DNA of 63,225 bases from Chlamydiia bacterium (lineage in GTDB: Bacteria > Chlamydiota > Chlamydiia > Chlamydiales > RGXB01). Each line of letters opens with the position of its first letter. The stretch's first letter is position 1. Positions 28,237 through 37,787 of the stretch are shown here, piece by piece. Under the pieces are notes generated by a model that was not told the DNA's origin, searched no databases, and saw only the letters and a list, made by a program, of their open reading frames with translations. The position numbers and the translations under genes were made by a program. The stretch spans positions 1 to 63,225 of the forward strand of contig JBEIFH010000006.1 of the NCBI GenBank assembly GCA_040382515.1, given 5' to 3'.

Positions 28237-28966
28237 CCTCGTGCTCTCCCTCTTCAAGCCAGGATGCTATGTATTTGGAGAATTCGGGATATTGGCTCAT
28301 CGCCTCCACAAAGCTGGAGATCTGCGTCTCTTTCAGGTTTTCCTCAATGAATTTTAAAAAATCCTCTTGGATCTCGTAACGATTCTGGGAGGGAACTTCG
28401 GCCAAGGGGATAGATTTTAGCTGGTGGTGGACGAAATCTTCGACAACGCTTGCCTTGTTTGCAAAGAGTTTGCCTGTTACAGCCGAAGAAAAAACCGTTT
28501 TTTTAAGCGCTACTTTCTGCGGCTTAATGTAGTTTTTTATCACCTCGGGATCCTCTGAAACAAAGAAACGTTTTACCCGTTGACCATCGACCCGCTCGGT
28601 ATTCTCTTTGCAGCGGGATACCCAGTCGTAAATAGCATCTTGGGGATTGGCGTGGGTGTTGTCACCGAAAACCTTTCCGGAAAAAGGGCATATATAGATT
28701 TTTTTTGTATGAGCGTTCACTTCGGGTTCACCGATTTGGATTTTGATCTCGGTTTCACGCCAAAGCTTTCCCTGTTTTTCAAGGAAATGGATCAACTCCT
28801 CTTTGCTCTTGTAGATCCTTTTTTCCTTGAGAAAGATGACCGGATTGAGGTGGTGCTTTTTTTCAAGGTAAAAAAGGTAGGATGTGATCAGATCCGGTTT
28901 GCGGTTTTTTTTAAAAAAGCTTTTAAGCTCTTCGATAAGTGTTGTAGAAATGACCGCGGTTGTCAT
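28220..28966 (-). CDS. Conserved chlamydial protein (DUF2709-like)
   Basis: IYICPFSGKVFGDNTHANPQDAIYDWVS motif recognised as a chlamydia-specific family; upstream of tsaE as in other chlamydiae. Confidence 0.8.
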   Translation of the reverse strand: MTTAVISTTLIEELKSFFKKNRKPDLITSYLFYLEKKHHLNPVIFLKEKRIYKSKEELIHFLEKQGKLWRETEIKIQIGEPEVNAHTKKIYICPFSGKVFGDNTHANPQDAIYDWVSRCKENTERVDGQRVKRFFVSEDPEVIKNYIKPQKVALKKTVFSSAVTGKLFANKASVVEDFVHHQLKSIPLAEVPSQNRYEIQEDFLKFIEENLKETQISSFVEAMSQYPEFSKYIASWLEEGEHEDAAEV

Positions 28967-29074
28967 CTTAACCTCATGGGTACTCTAAATGGAATAAGCT
29001 ACTTTACCCAATTCTTTGATTATAATCAAGTAGGTGTTATGCTCCTTAGTCTAAGATAAATCAATAAAAACCCG

Positions 29075-30781
29075 ATGAAAAACACCCCTTTTAGCCCTTG
29101 TCATCTGCAGCACAGGCTCCAAGAAGCAGTTCAAAAAGCTGTTTTGAAATCTATAGGCATTTCTTTAATCCCTGAAATCTCCAGGTCTAAGCCTCCCCAG
29201 GATTCTGATTATCAAACAGCGGTTGCCATGGGGCTTGCTAAGGAAATGAAGAAAAATCCCAGAGAGGTAGGGCAGATGGTATTGGAGGCCATTAGCGATC
29301 CTCTTATCCGAAAAGTGGAGCTCGCCGGGCCCGGGTTTATCAATATTTATCTTGAAGAGGCGTCTCTTGAGGCCCTCAGCACGCACCTGTTTGCCCCCCG
29401 GCCGCACAATCCGGAACGTATATTGATCGACTATTCTTCCCCAAACGTGGCAAAGGAGCTGCATGTCGGCCATTTACGATCGACAATCATAGGCGATTCC
29501 CTTGCCAGGCTCTTTGAGTGGCTTGGTTTTGAAGTGATGAAAATCAATCATATCGGAGATTTTGGGACCCAATTTGGGATGCTTGTGACGTATATAGTCG
29601 AAAACGATCTTGATTTAGATAATGGCCGACTTTCTGACCTGATGGAGTGGTATAGAGCTAGCAAGGTCTCTTTCGATGAAGATCCGGGGTTTAAAAAGCG
29701 TGCGCAAGAGATGGTTGTGCGTCTTCAGTCCAGTGAAGAGGAGATCCATAGTATTTGGCAAAAGATCCTTGAGATATCCCGTTTAGGCTTCAATGAGATT
29801 TATAAAGTTTTAGACGTGCGTCTTTTAGAAAGGGGCGAATCTTTCTACCAGCCCTATTTAAAGTCTGTCGTCGATCTGTTTGAAAAACAGGGCCTTTTGG
29901 AGATATCAAAAGGGGCGAAGTGTGTCTTTCTTTCAGGTTACAAAGACCAAAACAATCATCCTCTACCGTTGATTATTCAAAAATCGGATGGGGGGTACAA
30001 TTATGCCACAACCGATTTGGCAGCACTCAAATACAGAATTGAAGAGGACAAGGCCGACAGGATTATTTACGTAACGGACAGTGGGCAATCGCAACATTTG
30101 CATATGGTGTTTGATGCGGCAAAGGCATGTGGTTATTACAACCCCCAAAAGACCCTTGTTGAACATGCTCCGTTCGGTTTAGTTCTCAACGCTGACGGAA
30201 CCAAAATGAAAACGCGTTCAGGGGAGGTATTTCGACTTATAGACCTCCTTAAAGAGGCGGTGCAAAAGGCAAAAGAGATTCTGCTTGAGCGGTATCAAGA
30301 GGATATTGACGAGGATGAAATTGAGGAGATGGCAAAAATACTTGGTGTGAATGCAATCAAATACGCAGATCTGTCTTGTGTGCGCACAAAGGATTATGTT
30401 TTCAGTTTCGATCGGATGTTGCGTTTTGACGGTAACACTGCAGCTTTTAATCTTTATTCGTATGTGCGAATTCAAAGCATTTTAAAAAAATGTCAAAAAG
30501 AGCCGGCTCCCATCAGCATATTCCATCCTACTGAGAGGAAACTTCTTTTAGCTCTATTTCAATTCTATGAGATGATAGATCTGGTACAACGGGATTTGCT
30601 TCCGCACAGGATCGCAGAGTACCTTTTCCATCTTGCAGAAACATTCAATGAATTTTTTAGGGATTGCCGTGTGGAGGGGGTGGATGAAGAGGCCTCAAGA
30701 GTGAGTTTATTGCACAAAACCCTGAAAGCTTTTGAAGCGTGTTTTCAAATTCTAGGTTTGAAAACTCTTCTGAGGATGTAA
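29075..30781 (+). CDS. argS: Arginine--tRNA ligase
   Basis: DYSSPNVAKELHVGHLRST, GDFGTQFG, KSDGGYNYATTD, KMKTRSG, C-terminal RM. Confidence 0.97.
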   Translation: MKNTPFSPCHLQHRLQEAVQKAVLKSIGISLIPEISRSKPPQDSDYQTAVAMGLAKEMKKNPREVGQMVLEAISDPLIRKVELAGPGFINIYLEEASLEALSTHLFAPRPHNPERILIDYSSPNVAKELHVGHLRSTIIGDSLARLFEWLGFEVMKINHIGDFGTQFGMLVTYIVENDLDLDNGRLSDLMEWYRASKVSFDEDPGFKKRAQEMVVRLQSSEEEIHSIWQKILEISRLGFNEIYKVLDVRLLERGESFYQPYLKSVVDLFEKQGLLEISKGAKCVFLSGYKDQNNHPLPLIIQKSDGGYNYATTDLAALKYRIEEDKADRIIYVTDSGQSQHLHMVFDAAKACGYYNPQKTLVEHAPFGLVLNADGTKMKTRSGEVFRLIDLLKEAVQKAKEILLERYQEDIDEDEIEEMAKILGVNAIKYADLSCVRTKDYVFSFDRMLRFDGNTAAFNLYSYVRIQSILKKCQKEPAPISIFHPTERKLLLALFQFYEMIDLVQRDLLPHRIAEYLFHLAETFNEFFRDCRVEGVDEEASRVSLLHKTLKAFEACFQILGLKTLLRM

Positions 30782-30835
30782 GAAACTTTGGTGGGGTTCT
30801 TGATCTAGACGATTTGTCTGGATAGAATCAAAGTT

Positions 30836-31810
30836 TTATCGAACCGCCTCTCTTACTAGGGGTGTTTTTGAGGGCTGATTCGGGATTTCCTGGACATATC
30901 GGGGGACAAGATAACCGGGCAGCCTCTCTCTTAGCTGTTCAACAAGCTCAAGCCCCTTTTCAATCGGAACCTCAAAATGCGAGGCGCCTTGGACCCGATC
31001 AAGCTGATGCAGGTAGTAGGGGAGCACACCGGATCTAAAGAGGTCAAACGAGAGCTTTTCCAAAGTGCACACGTCATCGTTGACACCTTTTAATAGGACA
31101 CTTTGCGACAACAAAATAATCTTTAGTTCTTTTAATCTATCAAAAGCTTTTGTGAGATCTTCACCCAGCTCAAGGGGGTGATTCACATGCACTACAAAGA
31201 TAATATTTTTTTTCAGCTGAGCCAGGCAACTTAAGAGCTCCACATCAAGGCGGTCTGGATCTGCAATCAGGGTACGCGTGTGGAAACGGATGATTTGGAG
31301 GTGATTTATGGTATCAAGCTCTAAAAGCAAAGGGATCAAAGCGCTATTTTTAAGAGAAAGGGGATCTCCTCCGCTCAAGATTACCTCATGCAGGGTGGTG
31401 TTTTTCTTTATAAGATCTAACTCCTGAGAAAATCCGCCGGTAGTTGTCTCGTAAGGAAAATTTTGACGAAAGCAGTAGCGGCAGTGCATGGCACAGGCCT
31501 TGGTTGTTAAAATAAGGGAACGGCCCGCATATTTTTGCAGGTACTTCGGGCCCAAACGAAACAGGGGATCATTGACCGGTTCGAGGGAAAAAGACTCAAG
31601 AGAAGCAGTCTCTTCAAGAAGAGGGACAAACTGAAGAAAAAGGGGGCATGTAGGGTCATTCTTCCCCATTTTTTCAGCCAAACGGCGCGGTACCATGAGA
31701 GGAAAACGGGGCCGTCTCCAGACAAGCGCCCTGTTTTGTTCTGAAAATTCTAGAAAATCCAGAAGCGTATCAATAGTAGTAAACGTTTTATTCTTTAAAG
31801 AAACGGCCAT
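30836..31810 (-). CDS. epmB: KamA/EpmB family radical SAM lysine 2,3-aminomutase
   Basis: CAMHCRYCFR, SGGDPL, HVNHP, QSVLLKGVND, PYYLHQLDRVQGASHF, LPGYLVP. Confidence 0.85.
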   Translation of the reverse strand: MAVSLKNKTFTTIDTLLDFLEFSEQNRALVWRRPRFPLMVPRRLAEKMGKNDPTCPLFLQFVPLLEETASLESFSLEPVNDPLFRLGPKYLQKYAGRSLILTTKACAMHCRYCFRQNFPYETTTGGFSQELDLIKKNTTLHEVILSGGDPLSLKNSALIPLLLELDTINHLQIIRFHTRTLIADPDRLDVELLSCLAQLKKNIIFVVHVNHPLELGEDLTKAFDRLKELKIILLSQSVLLKGVNDDVCTLEKLSFDLFRSGVLPYYLHQLDRVQGASHFEVPIEKGLELVEQLRERLPGYLVPRYVQEIPNQPSKTPLVREAVR

Positions 31811-32027
31811 AAAAATCTCGAGGATAAGTATAGAGTCTTTTAAATTAGGATTGAACCTTTTTTGATTAAGAGGATCTCTATCTTTTTCTTCGCCGGGATC
31901 GGCGTCCCCAAATCTTACAAAAATAGGGGTGTCAGTTTTAAAAATACACCTCTTAATGGCAAAGTTTTAAAGATTTGTGAAGAGGATTTTTTAAAAACTT
32001 TATGTAAACCTTGTCGGGGATTCCCTC

Positions 32028-33386
32028 TCAATCGGCGACAGATAGGGGGAGGATGTCGGCACCGAGGGTTTGCAGGGGTTCCAATAAATTTCCGTACCCT
32101 CTTTCCAAAAAATGTATATTGAAAAGTGTGGAAGGCCCCTCCGCCGTAAGGGCAGCAATCACATAAGCGAATCCAGCTCTGAGATCAGGTATAAAGATAT
32201 CCCTCCCTACAAGTGGGGAACGGCCGGTGATGTAGGCTGTGTGTTGAAAACCCTGCCCCTTAAACCGGCACGATAGTTCTCCGCAGCAATCCTGTGACAG
32301 TTCGATATTTGCGCCCATTTCGACAAGTGTTTTAGTGTAGCCAAAACGCTGTTCATACACAGTTTCGTGCACCCGGTGGGTCCCTTCCACTTGGGTCAAA
32401 AGGGTGACAAGAGGTTGTTGCATGTCTGTTAAAAAATTTGGATAGGGCCCCGTTTCTACCATGATTGAACCCTTTAAAGGGGCGTCGAATTTAAATAAAA
32501 TCCCTTTATCCTGTATATGAAAGGGGGCTTTGATCTGGTGTAATAGACTTAAAAGGTTTCCCAAATGCTCCTGACGTGCCCCTTCAACAAATATCTCCCC
32601 TTGGGTCGCATAGGCAAGCATAGCAAAAGATGCCGCGTAGGCTCTGTCGGGAATAAGAGTGTGTTCGACACCATAGTAGGAGCCTTTTTGTACCTTGATG
32701 GTTCTATCATCGATAAAGGTGATGATAACACCGATTTTTTGTATAAAATGTATGAGATCGTAGAATTCTGGTTCTAAGCTTATATTACTGATATAAGTGG
32801 TTCCTAAAGCCCATGAAGCTGCTAAAAGAGCATTCTCACTAGCGCCTAGCGAGGGGTAATCCAAATGGATGTGCCCTCCTCGAAGACCTGTTGGGGCTTT
32901 GGCTATGTAAAGATCCGTCTCCCCCTCCCGCTCGATTTTCAACTCTACCCCGAGCGTTTTGAGAGCTTGAAAATGGTAATTTACCGGCCTTGCACCAATT
33001 TGGCATCCCCCCACCGAGGGGATTTTTACCGCTTCAGTAGTTCTCCCTATCAAAGCACCTAAAAGCAGAATGGGGATCCGGTTCGCTCCGCTGAAGCGAT
33101 TTGCAACTGTTGTCGATGTGATGGAGGGTGTATGAATGGAAAGAGTATGGGTTTTTCGATCCCACTGTATTCGGCTTCCAATAGAGGAGAGCATTTCTAC
33201 GGTAATTTCAACTTCTTGAATGTTGGGGACGTTATGGAGTGTGCAAATTTGATCTGTGAGAAGAGAGGCTACCAGACATTTGGTGACGCTGTTTTTTGCA
33301 CCCAATGCGCGCACCGAGCCACACAAAGGATTTCCCCCATAAATTTTATAGCCTGTTTTAGAAAAAGTTGACTGAGCTAGTGTCAT
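32028..33386 (-). CDS. murA: UDP-N-acetylglucosamine 1-carboxyvinyltransferase
   Basis: GAKNS, GGCQIGARP, YPSLGASEN, PYPNFLTDMQ, ETVYEQRF, PDLRAG, ERGY. ATG 33386 (ORF from 33392). Confidence 0.95.
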   Translation of the reverse strand: MTLAQSTFSKTGYKIYGGNPLCGSVRALGAKNSVTKCLVASLLTDQICTLHNVPNIQEVEITVEMLSSIGSRIQWDRKTHTLSIHTPSITSTTVANRFSGANRIPILLLGALIGRTTEAVKIPSVGGCQIGARPVNYHFQALKTLGVELKIEREGETDLYIAKAPTGLRGGHIHLDYPSLGASENALLAASWALGTTYISNISLEPEFYDLIHFIQKIGVIITFIDDRTIKVQKGSYYGVEHTLIPDRAYAASFAMLAYATQGEIFVEGARQEHLGNLLSLLHQIKAPFHIQDKGILFKFDAPLKGSIMVETGPYPNFLTDMQQPLVTLLTQVEGTHRVHETVYEQRFGYTKTLVEMGANIELSQDCCGELSCRFKGQGFQHTAYITGRSPLVGRDIFIPDLRAGFAYVIAALTAEGPSTLFNIHFLERGYGNLLEPLQTLGADILPLSVAD

Positions 33387-33388
33387 TC

Positions 33389-34270
33389 TCAAAGCTTATC
33401 GAGGAAAAGATTTTTTGGGAATCGAAGTTGTTGATTGTATTTATCGATGAGGCAGTTTGGCAAGAGGGGATCGCTCGGGGAGGGGCCGATTTTTAGGCGC
33501 ATCTGTTTAAACCCTTTTTTTTTCGCATACATCAGGGCCGCGTAGCCCATAGTCTTCCGCGGGTTCATCTCACAAATTGGAACGGAACCCTCCGTGTGGA
33601 CGAAAGAATCCAAGCCAACATTTCCCCGAAAGCCCATTTGACGAACAGTTTCAAGCAATTCTTTTGCCTCTACAATATGGGCATCAAGAATCTTTTTATC
33701 TATGGAAATACAACCTATCTCTGTGCCCCGGTAGCCTCCGCCCGATGCGACAAGAAGATGGGTCTCTCCAAGATATTCTAGTCCGCTGTCATGAACAATC
33801 CATTGGGTGCTAAAATCGAGTGTGCGATCGAACCAGGGTTCTGCTAAGCAAGGATAGCGGACGATATCTTCGGCTCTTCGGGCATGCCCCATACCTGAAA
33901 AACTAATGAACTGTTTAAAAACGCATCGATTAGCAAACGCCCTTTCATAGGCCAGGGCCTCCTCTTTACTTGTAATAATCTTCGATCCCTTGGGTCGGTT
34001 CGAGTGATAAAAAAGAAACTCTTTTGATAGAAGTTTTACCGTAATAGGGTCTTGCTGCACCCAAAGCTCAAGAGGGCCAAGCATAGGGTCATAAGGGCAG
34101 ATCGTGTACTCAGGAATGGGGGTAAGGGGGAAAGCATCCACTAGCAGGGTAGATCCTTCAGGCGCATACAAAATGGGGAGGTACTGAAAAAGATAGTGTG
34201 CATGGCGCAGAGTTTGTTTAGGCGCTAGCAAAGTCTCTTCAAACCAGGTGTTGCAGTAGTGCAAGTGCAT
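33389..34270 (-). CDS. Hypothetical ATP-grasp-fold protein
   Basis: VFKQFISFSGMG, EPW, GFRGNVGLD and EMNPR match the ATP-grasp pattern (K..S.GxG, GxxGxD, ExNxR). Confidence 0.65.
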   Translation of the reverse strand: MHLHYCNTWFEETLLAPKQTLRHAHYLFQYLPILYAPEGSTLLVDAFPLTPIPEYTICPYDPMLGPLELWVQQDPITVKLLSKEFLFYHSNRPKGSKIITSKEEALAYERAFANRCVFKQFISFSGMGHARRAEDIVRYPCLAEPWFDRTLDFSTQWIVHDSGLEYLGETHLLVASGGGYRGTEIGCISIDKKILDAHIVEAKELLETVRQMGFRGNVGLDSFVHTEGSVPICEMNPRKTMGYAALMYAKKKGFKQMRLKIGPSPSDPLLPNCLIDKYNQQLRFPKNLFLDKL

Positions 34271-34372
34271 ATGTTATATTGATGGTTTTTTACGCGTAGA
34301 GAAAGAGTCTAAAATAGAGAAGATTTTAGATTTCATTATACAAATCTTTTTAGTGGGTCAGGGTGTTTTTTC

Positions 34373-34867
34373 ATGGATCGACCGGATTTTTTTAGAGAAT
34401 ACTGTACAGGTTTTGGGGAAGATAGTCATCAATTTAAACAGGACTCTGAGGGTTGCATCATCGCAGGGCACCATTTTGCAAATGTCCCCTCGTTTGATGC
34501 GGACTCTGATGGGGATGTTGTGTTTCACGCCTTGTGCCAGGCTATTACTTCCGTGACGCATGTTCCGATTTTAGGGGGGTTAGCTATAAAGTACTGTCGG
34601 GAGGAGGGGATTCGTGACAGTAAAATTTTTCTCAAAGAGGCCTTGGCAACTCTTGGATCATGGAAAATAGTCCATTGTGTCGTATCGCTTACAGCACTAA
34701 GACCCCGTCTGCAGCCCCATGAAAACCTTCTACGCACCCATATTGCAGAGGTCTTAGGTTTAGACATCGAAAAAGTGGGGATAATTTTTACATCGGGGAA
34801 CTATCTTTGCATGGCTGGAGAGGGGAAAGGGGTTACATGCCGCGCAGTTGTCTCTTTTCAGAGATAG
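34373..34867 (+). CDS. ispF: 2-C-methyl-D-erythritol 2,4-cyclodiphosphate synthase
   Basis: GFGEDSH, SDGDVVFHA, DSKIFL, RPRL, GEG motifs. Confidence 0.9.
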   Translation: MDRPDFFREYCTGFGEDSHQFKQDSEGCIIAGHHFANVPSFDADSDGDVVFHALCQAITSVTHVPILGGLAIKYCREEGIRDSKIFLKEALATLGSWKIVHCVVSLTALRPRLQPHENLLRTHIAEVLGLDIEKVGIIFTSGNYLCMAGEGKGVTCRAVVSFQR

Positions 34868-34873
34868 AGTCTA

Positions 34874-35830
34874 CTAATAGACATCCAAGTGCAATCTTTT
34901 TTCTCCCTTGAGGCGGCGTAACCAATCCCTAGCCTCGTCATCCGAGACCCCCATTTTGTCCCTATACAAATCTTCGAGCGTTTCGGTCACCCCTTTTGCC
35001 ATCACTTTGGCATCACCACAAATATAGATAGAGGCCCCCTCCTCCAAATAGGAAAATAGCTTCTCTTTATTTTCTCTCAATCTATCTTGAACATAAATTT
35101 TTTTATCTTGATCGCGTGAAAAGGCTAGGGATAGATCCAGTTGCCCTGTTTCACTAAGACCTACCAAAAAATCCTCGTAGTAAAAATGGGATCTACGGTT
35201 TCTCTCGCCGAAAAGGAGCCAATTTTTTGCGGGGGCATTTTGATAGATCCGCTCCTCTAAAAATGCTTTGAAAGGGGCAAGTCCAGTGCCGGGGCCTATC
35301 ATGATGATGGGGGTGGTGGGCTCAGGGAGCCTGAAAAGTTCATTTGGGAATACTTTGAAGCGGCAGGTGTCATGGAGCGAGAGATAATTTGCAAGATAGT
35401 GACTCCCGACCCCCATCGTTTTTTCCCCCTCCTCATCGATAAATTCATCAAGTGTTACGAGAAGATGTATCTGGTTCGGAAAAATCGAGCTTGAAGAGGC
35501 AATTGAGTAAAATCGGGGCATCAAAGGGCGAGCCCGACTCAAGTCTCCCTCTTGAACTGATTGCAGATTTACATGCTCCAAAAGATAGGAATACAGGTCG
35601 ATCTCCTCTTTCGTTCTTTTGTGTTCGATCCGCTCACTGCCGCTTCTATCAAACTTTTTTAACCATTTTTCCACCCTAGACGGGGCATTTAAAACGTCTA
35701 TCGCAATCGAATCACCCGGTAAATACGCTACCGGCTCATCAAAAAGAATCTCCAAATGCAAAGTCTTTTTCTCTGAATCTGAGGGGGTTAAATATCTGCG
35801 ATCAACTAATTTTGCGGTGTGTTTTGACAT
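34874..35830 (-). CDS. cysJ: FAD/NADPH-binding oxidoreductase (CysJ-like, no flavodoxin domain)
   Basis: PRFYSIASS, GVGS, MIGPGTGLAPF, FSRD, YVQ, YICGDA, terminal DVY. Confidence 0.8.
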   Translation of the reverse strand: MSKHTAKLVDRRYLTPSDSEKKTLHLEILFDEPVAYLPGDSIAIDVLNAPSRVEKWLKKFDRSGSERIEHKRTKEEIDLYSYLLEHVNLQSVQEGDLSRARPLMPRFYSIASSSSIFPNQIHLLVTLDEFIDEEGEKTMGVGSHYLANYLSLHDTCRFKVFPNELFRLPEPTTPIIMIGPGTGLAPFKAFLEERIYQNAPAKNWLLFGERNRRSHFYYEDFLVGLSETGQLDLSLAFSRDQDKKIYVQDRLRENKEKLFSYLEEGASIYICGDAKVMAKGVTETLEDLYRDKMGVSDDEARDWLRRLKGEKRLHLDVY

Positions 35831-35868
35831 AAATGGCCAATGTTATGTAGGTAGTAAATGTGATCCCT

Positions 35869-36030
35869 ATGCACATTAGATACAAAAAAACTTTATTATT
35901 AATCATGCTTGCATCTTGCACTGCTGCAGGATATAAACCTTCCTACATTATCACAGATCAACCTCTAAAAGAAGAGGTCAAATCTGATAAAAGAGGGAAC
36001 TCTCCCCTAAAAGCAGACCCTATCCGTTAA
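35869..36030 (+). CDS. Small putative lipoprotein (53 aa; below the ORF-track cut-off)
   Basis: MHIRYKKTLLLIMLAS-CTAAGYKPSYIITDQPLKEEVKSDKRGNSPLKADPIR*: basic N region, short hydrophobic core, LAS-C lipobox; fills the intergenic gap and shares TTAA stop overlap with gltX. Confidence 0.7.
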   Translation: MHIRYKKTLLLIMLASCTAAGYKPSYIITDQPLKEEVKSDKRGNSPLKADPIR

Positions 36031-37556
36031 GCTGGGGCAGTCTTTTGAGGGGCTACTTTATGCAAAATTCCAAAGCATTCTTTCCTTTGTAAGGCATTTT
36101 TTAAGAGGTCGACCTTTTTCGAGCTCAATCCGCCCAAAAACGCTATAGCTTGCAACAGGCGCGCCCTTGTACGGTCGATGCCTAAAAGTTCAAAAGAGGC
36201 GTAAAGGGGGGGGCCTTGGGTTTTTCCGGTGAGAGTTGTGTAAAGGACAGGCATAATCTCTTTTTTGAGATTCAGGCCAAATATCTCGACAAACTCCTTG
36301 CAAACCGCCTCAATGCTCTCTTTCATCCAGCTCTCTCTTTCATCCAACCTCCAAAGGACCGCTTGTAAAAGCATAGCCGAGCCCTCCTGGGTCAATGTTT
36401 TGGGAACCATGTTTTCAAGGCTCAACTCAAGATGATTCGTGAAGAAAAAGTGGAAGAGATCGAAAAATTCGGAGTAGGTGCGGATCCTGGTCCGCCCCAT
36501 TTCCATGAGCTCAATCATCTTTTGTTCATCGAATGCCCAGGAAGAGATCTTTTTCCAAAGATCTTTCGGATCGGTCGTGCGCATTAGGTACTGTTGATTG
36601 ATCCAATCGAGTTTTTGGAAGTCAAAAAAGGCTCCGGAGGAACCAATACGCTTGACATCGAAAGTTTTGCAAAAGTGCTCAAGGGTATAAATCTCCTCAT
36701 CGTTTGGCATGCTGTAGCCCATAAGGGAGAGGAAGTTCAAGAAAGCTTCTGGGATGTAGCCGCTGTCCTTAAAAAAGAAAATGGAGCACGGATTTTTCCT
36801 TTTTGAGAGTTTTTTCCCATCGGCACCCAAAAGAAGGGGGAGATGATAAAAAGTAGGGGGAGTCCATCCGAAAGCATTGTAAATGACGATGTGTTTGGGT
36901 GTGGATGTGAGCCATTCGCTCCCGCGCAGCACGTGGGTGATTTTCATGAGGTGATCGTCGACAACGTTGGCAAGGTGATAGGTAGGAAATCCATCGGCTT
37001 TCAACAGGATCTGATCATCAATCTCCTCATATTTGACGACGATTTTTCCCATGATCCCATCTTCAAAATGGAGCTCTCCGGTTAAAGGGACCTTGAGTCG
37101 GATCGTATACTTTTCATTGCGCCCGATTCGCTCTTGAATTTCTTCTTCAGTGAGATTTCGATAAAGTCGATTGTATCCGCTTTTGGAGGTGAGACGCATT
37201 TGCTCCAGCTCTTCTGCAGTGGCGAAACATTTATAGGCCATCCCTCTATCTAGAAGTTTTTGAGCGTACTCCTGGTATATTTTGGTCCTTTCAGATTGGC
37301 GATAGGGTCCATAAGGTCCCCCGCAATCGGGCCCTTCATCCCAATGGATCCCGGCCCACTGGAGCGCCTTGTAAATATTTTGTTCGTATATGGGTCGGCT
37401 TCTGGATTGATCCGTGTCTTCTATCCTAAGGATAAATTGGCCGCCATGGAACCTGGCAAAAGCGAGATTCATCAAAGCTATGTATGCGGTTCCTACGTGC
37501 GGATAACCGGTAGGAGAAGGGGCGATACGAACCCGGACCGGTACGGATTGAGACAT
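36027..37556 (-). CDS. gltX: Glutamate--tRNA ligase
   Basis: RIAPSPTGYPHVGT, LRIEDTD, PTYHLANVVDDH, KLSKR. Confidence 0.97.
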   Translation of the reverse strand: MSQSVPVRVRIAPSPTGYPHVGTAYIALMNLAFARFHGGQFILRIEDTDQSRSRPIYEQNIYKALQWAGIHWDEGPDCGGPYGPYRQSERTKIYQEYAQKLLDRGMAYKCFATAEELEQMRLTSKSGYNRLYRNLTEEEIQERIGRNEKYTIRLKVPLTGELHFEDGIMGKIVVKYEEIDDQILLKADGFPTYHLANVVDDHLMKITHVLRGSEWLTSTPKHIVIYNAFGWTPPTFYHLPLLLGADGKKLSKRKNPCSIFFFKDSGYIPEAFLNFLSLMGYSMPNDEEIYTLEHFCKTFDVKRIGSSGAFFDFQKLDWINQQYLMRTTDPKDLWKKISSWAFDEQKMIELMEMGRTRIRTYSEFFDLFHFFFTNHLELSLENMVPKTLTQEGSAMLLQAVLWRLDERESWMKESIEAVCKEFVEIFGLNLKKEIMPVLYTTLTGKTQGPPLYASFELLGIDRTRARLLQAIAFLGGLSSKKVDLLKNALQRKECFGILHKVAPQKTAPA

Positions 37557-37582
37557 GAAAAATCCTAAAAAAGTTCTAGAAG

Positions 37583-37611
37583 ACTATACTCTGAAACCTT
37601 TAAAAATTCAA
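37583..37611 (-). promoter_or_regulatory. Sigma66/70-like promoter for gltX
   Basis: Minus strand TTGAAT-17-TATAGT, 26 nt upstream of the start. Confidence 0.55.
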
Positions 37612-37787
37612 GCAGCCAATAAGAGGATAAAAAAATCGGTAGCCGTACCGGGGTTTTTATAGATATTAGGTAATGGGTAGAAAGGGATCTTACAAGAGTT
37701 TTTTTAAGACACCCCAAAAAAACTTGCCAATTCTGTACAAAAGGGACCTTTTTTTGACCTTGCCAGGTTAAATAAAGCGGTCCGGTG

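Noticed and set aside
34874..35830. CysJ-like protein lacking flavodoxin domain as a pseudogene
   Set aside because: FAD and NADPH motifs intact; the short form next to ispF is the usual chlamydial arrangement.
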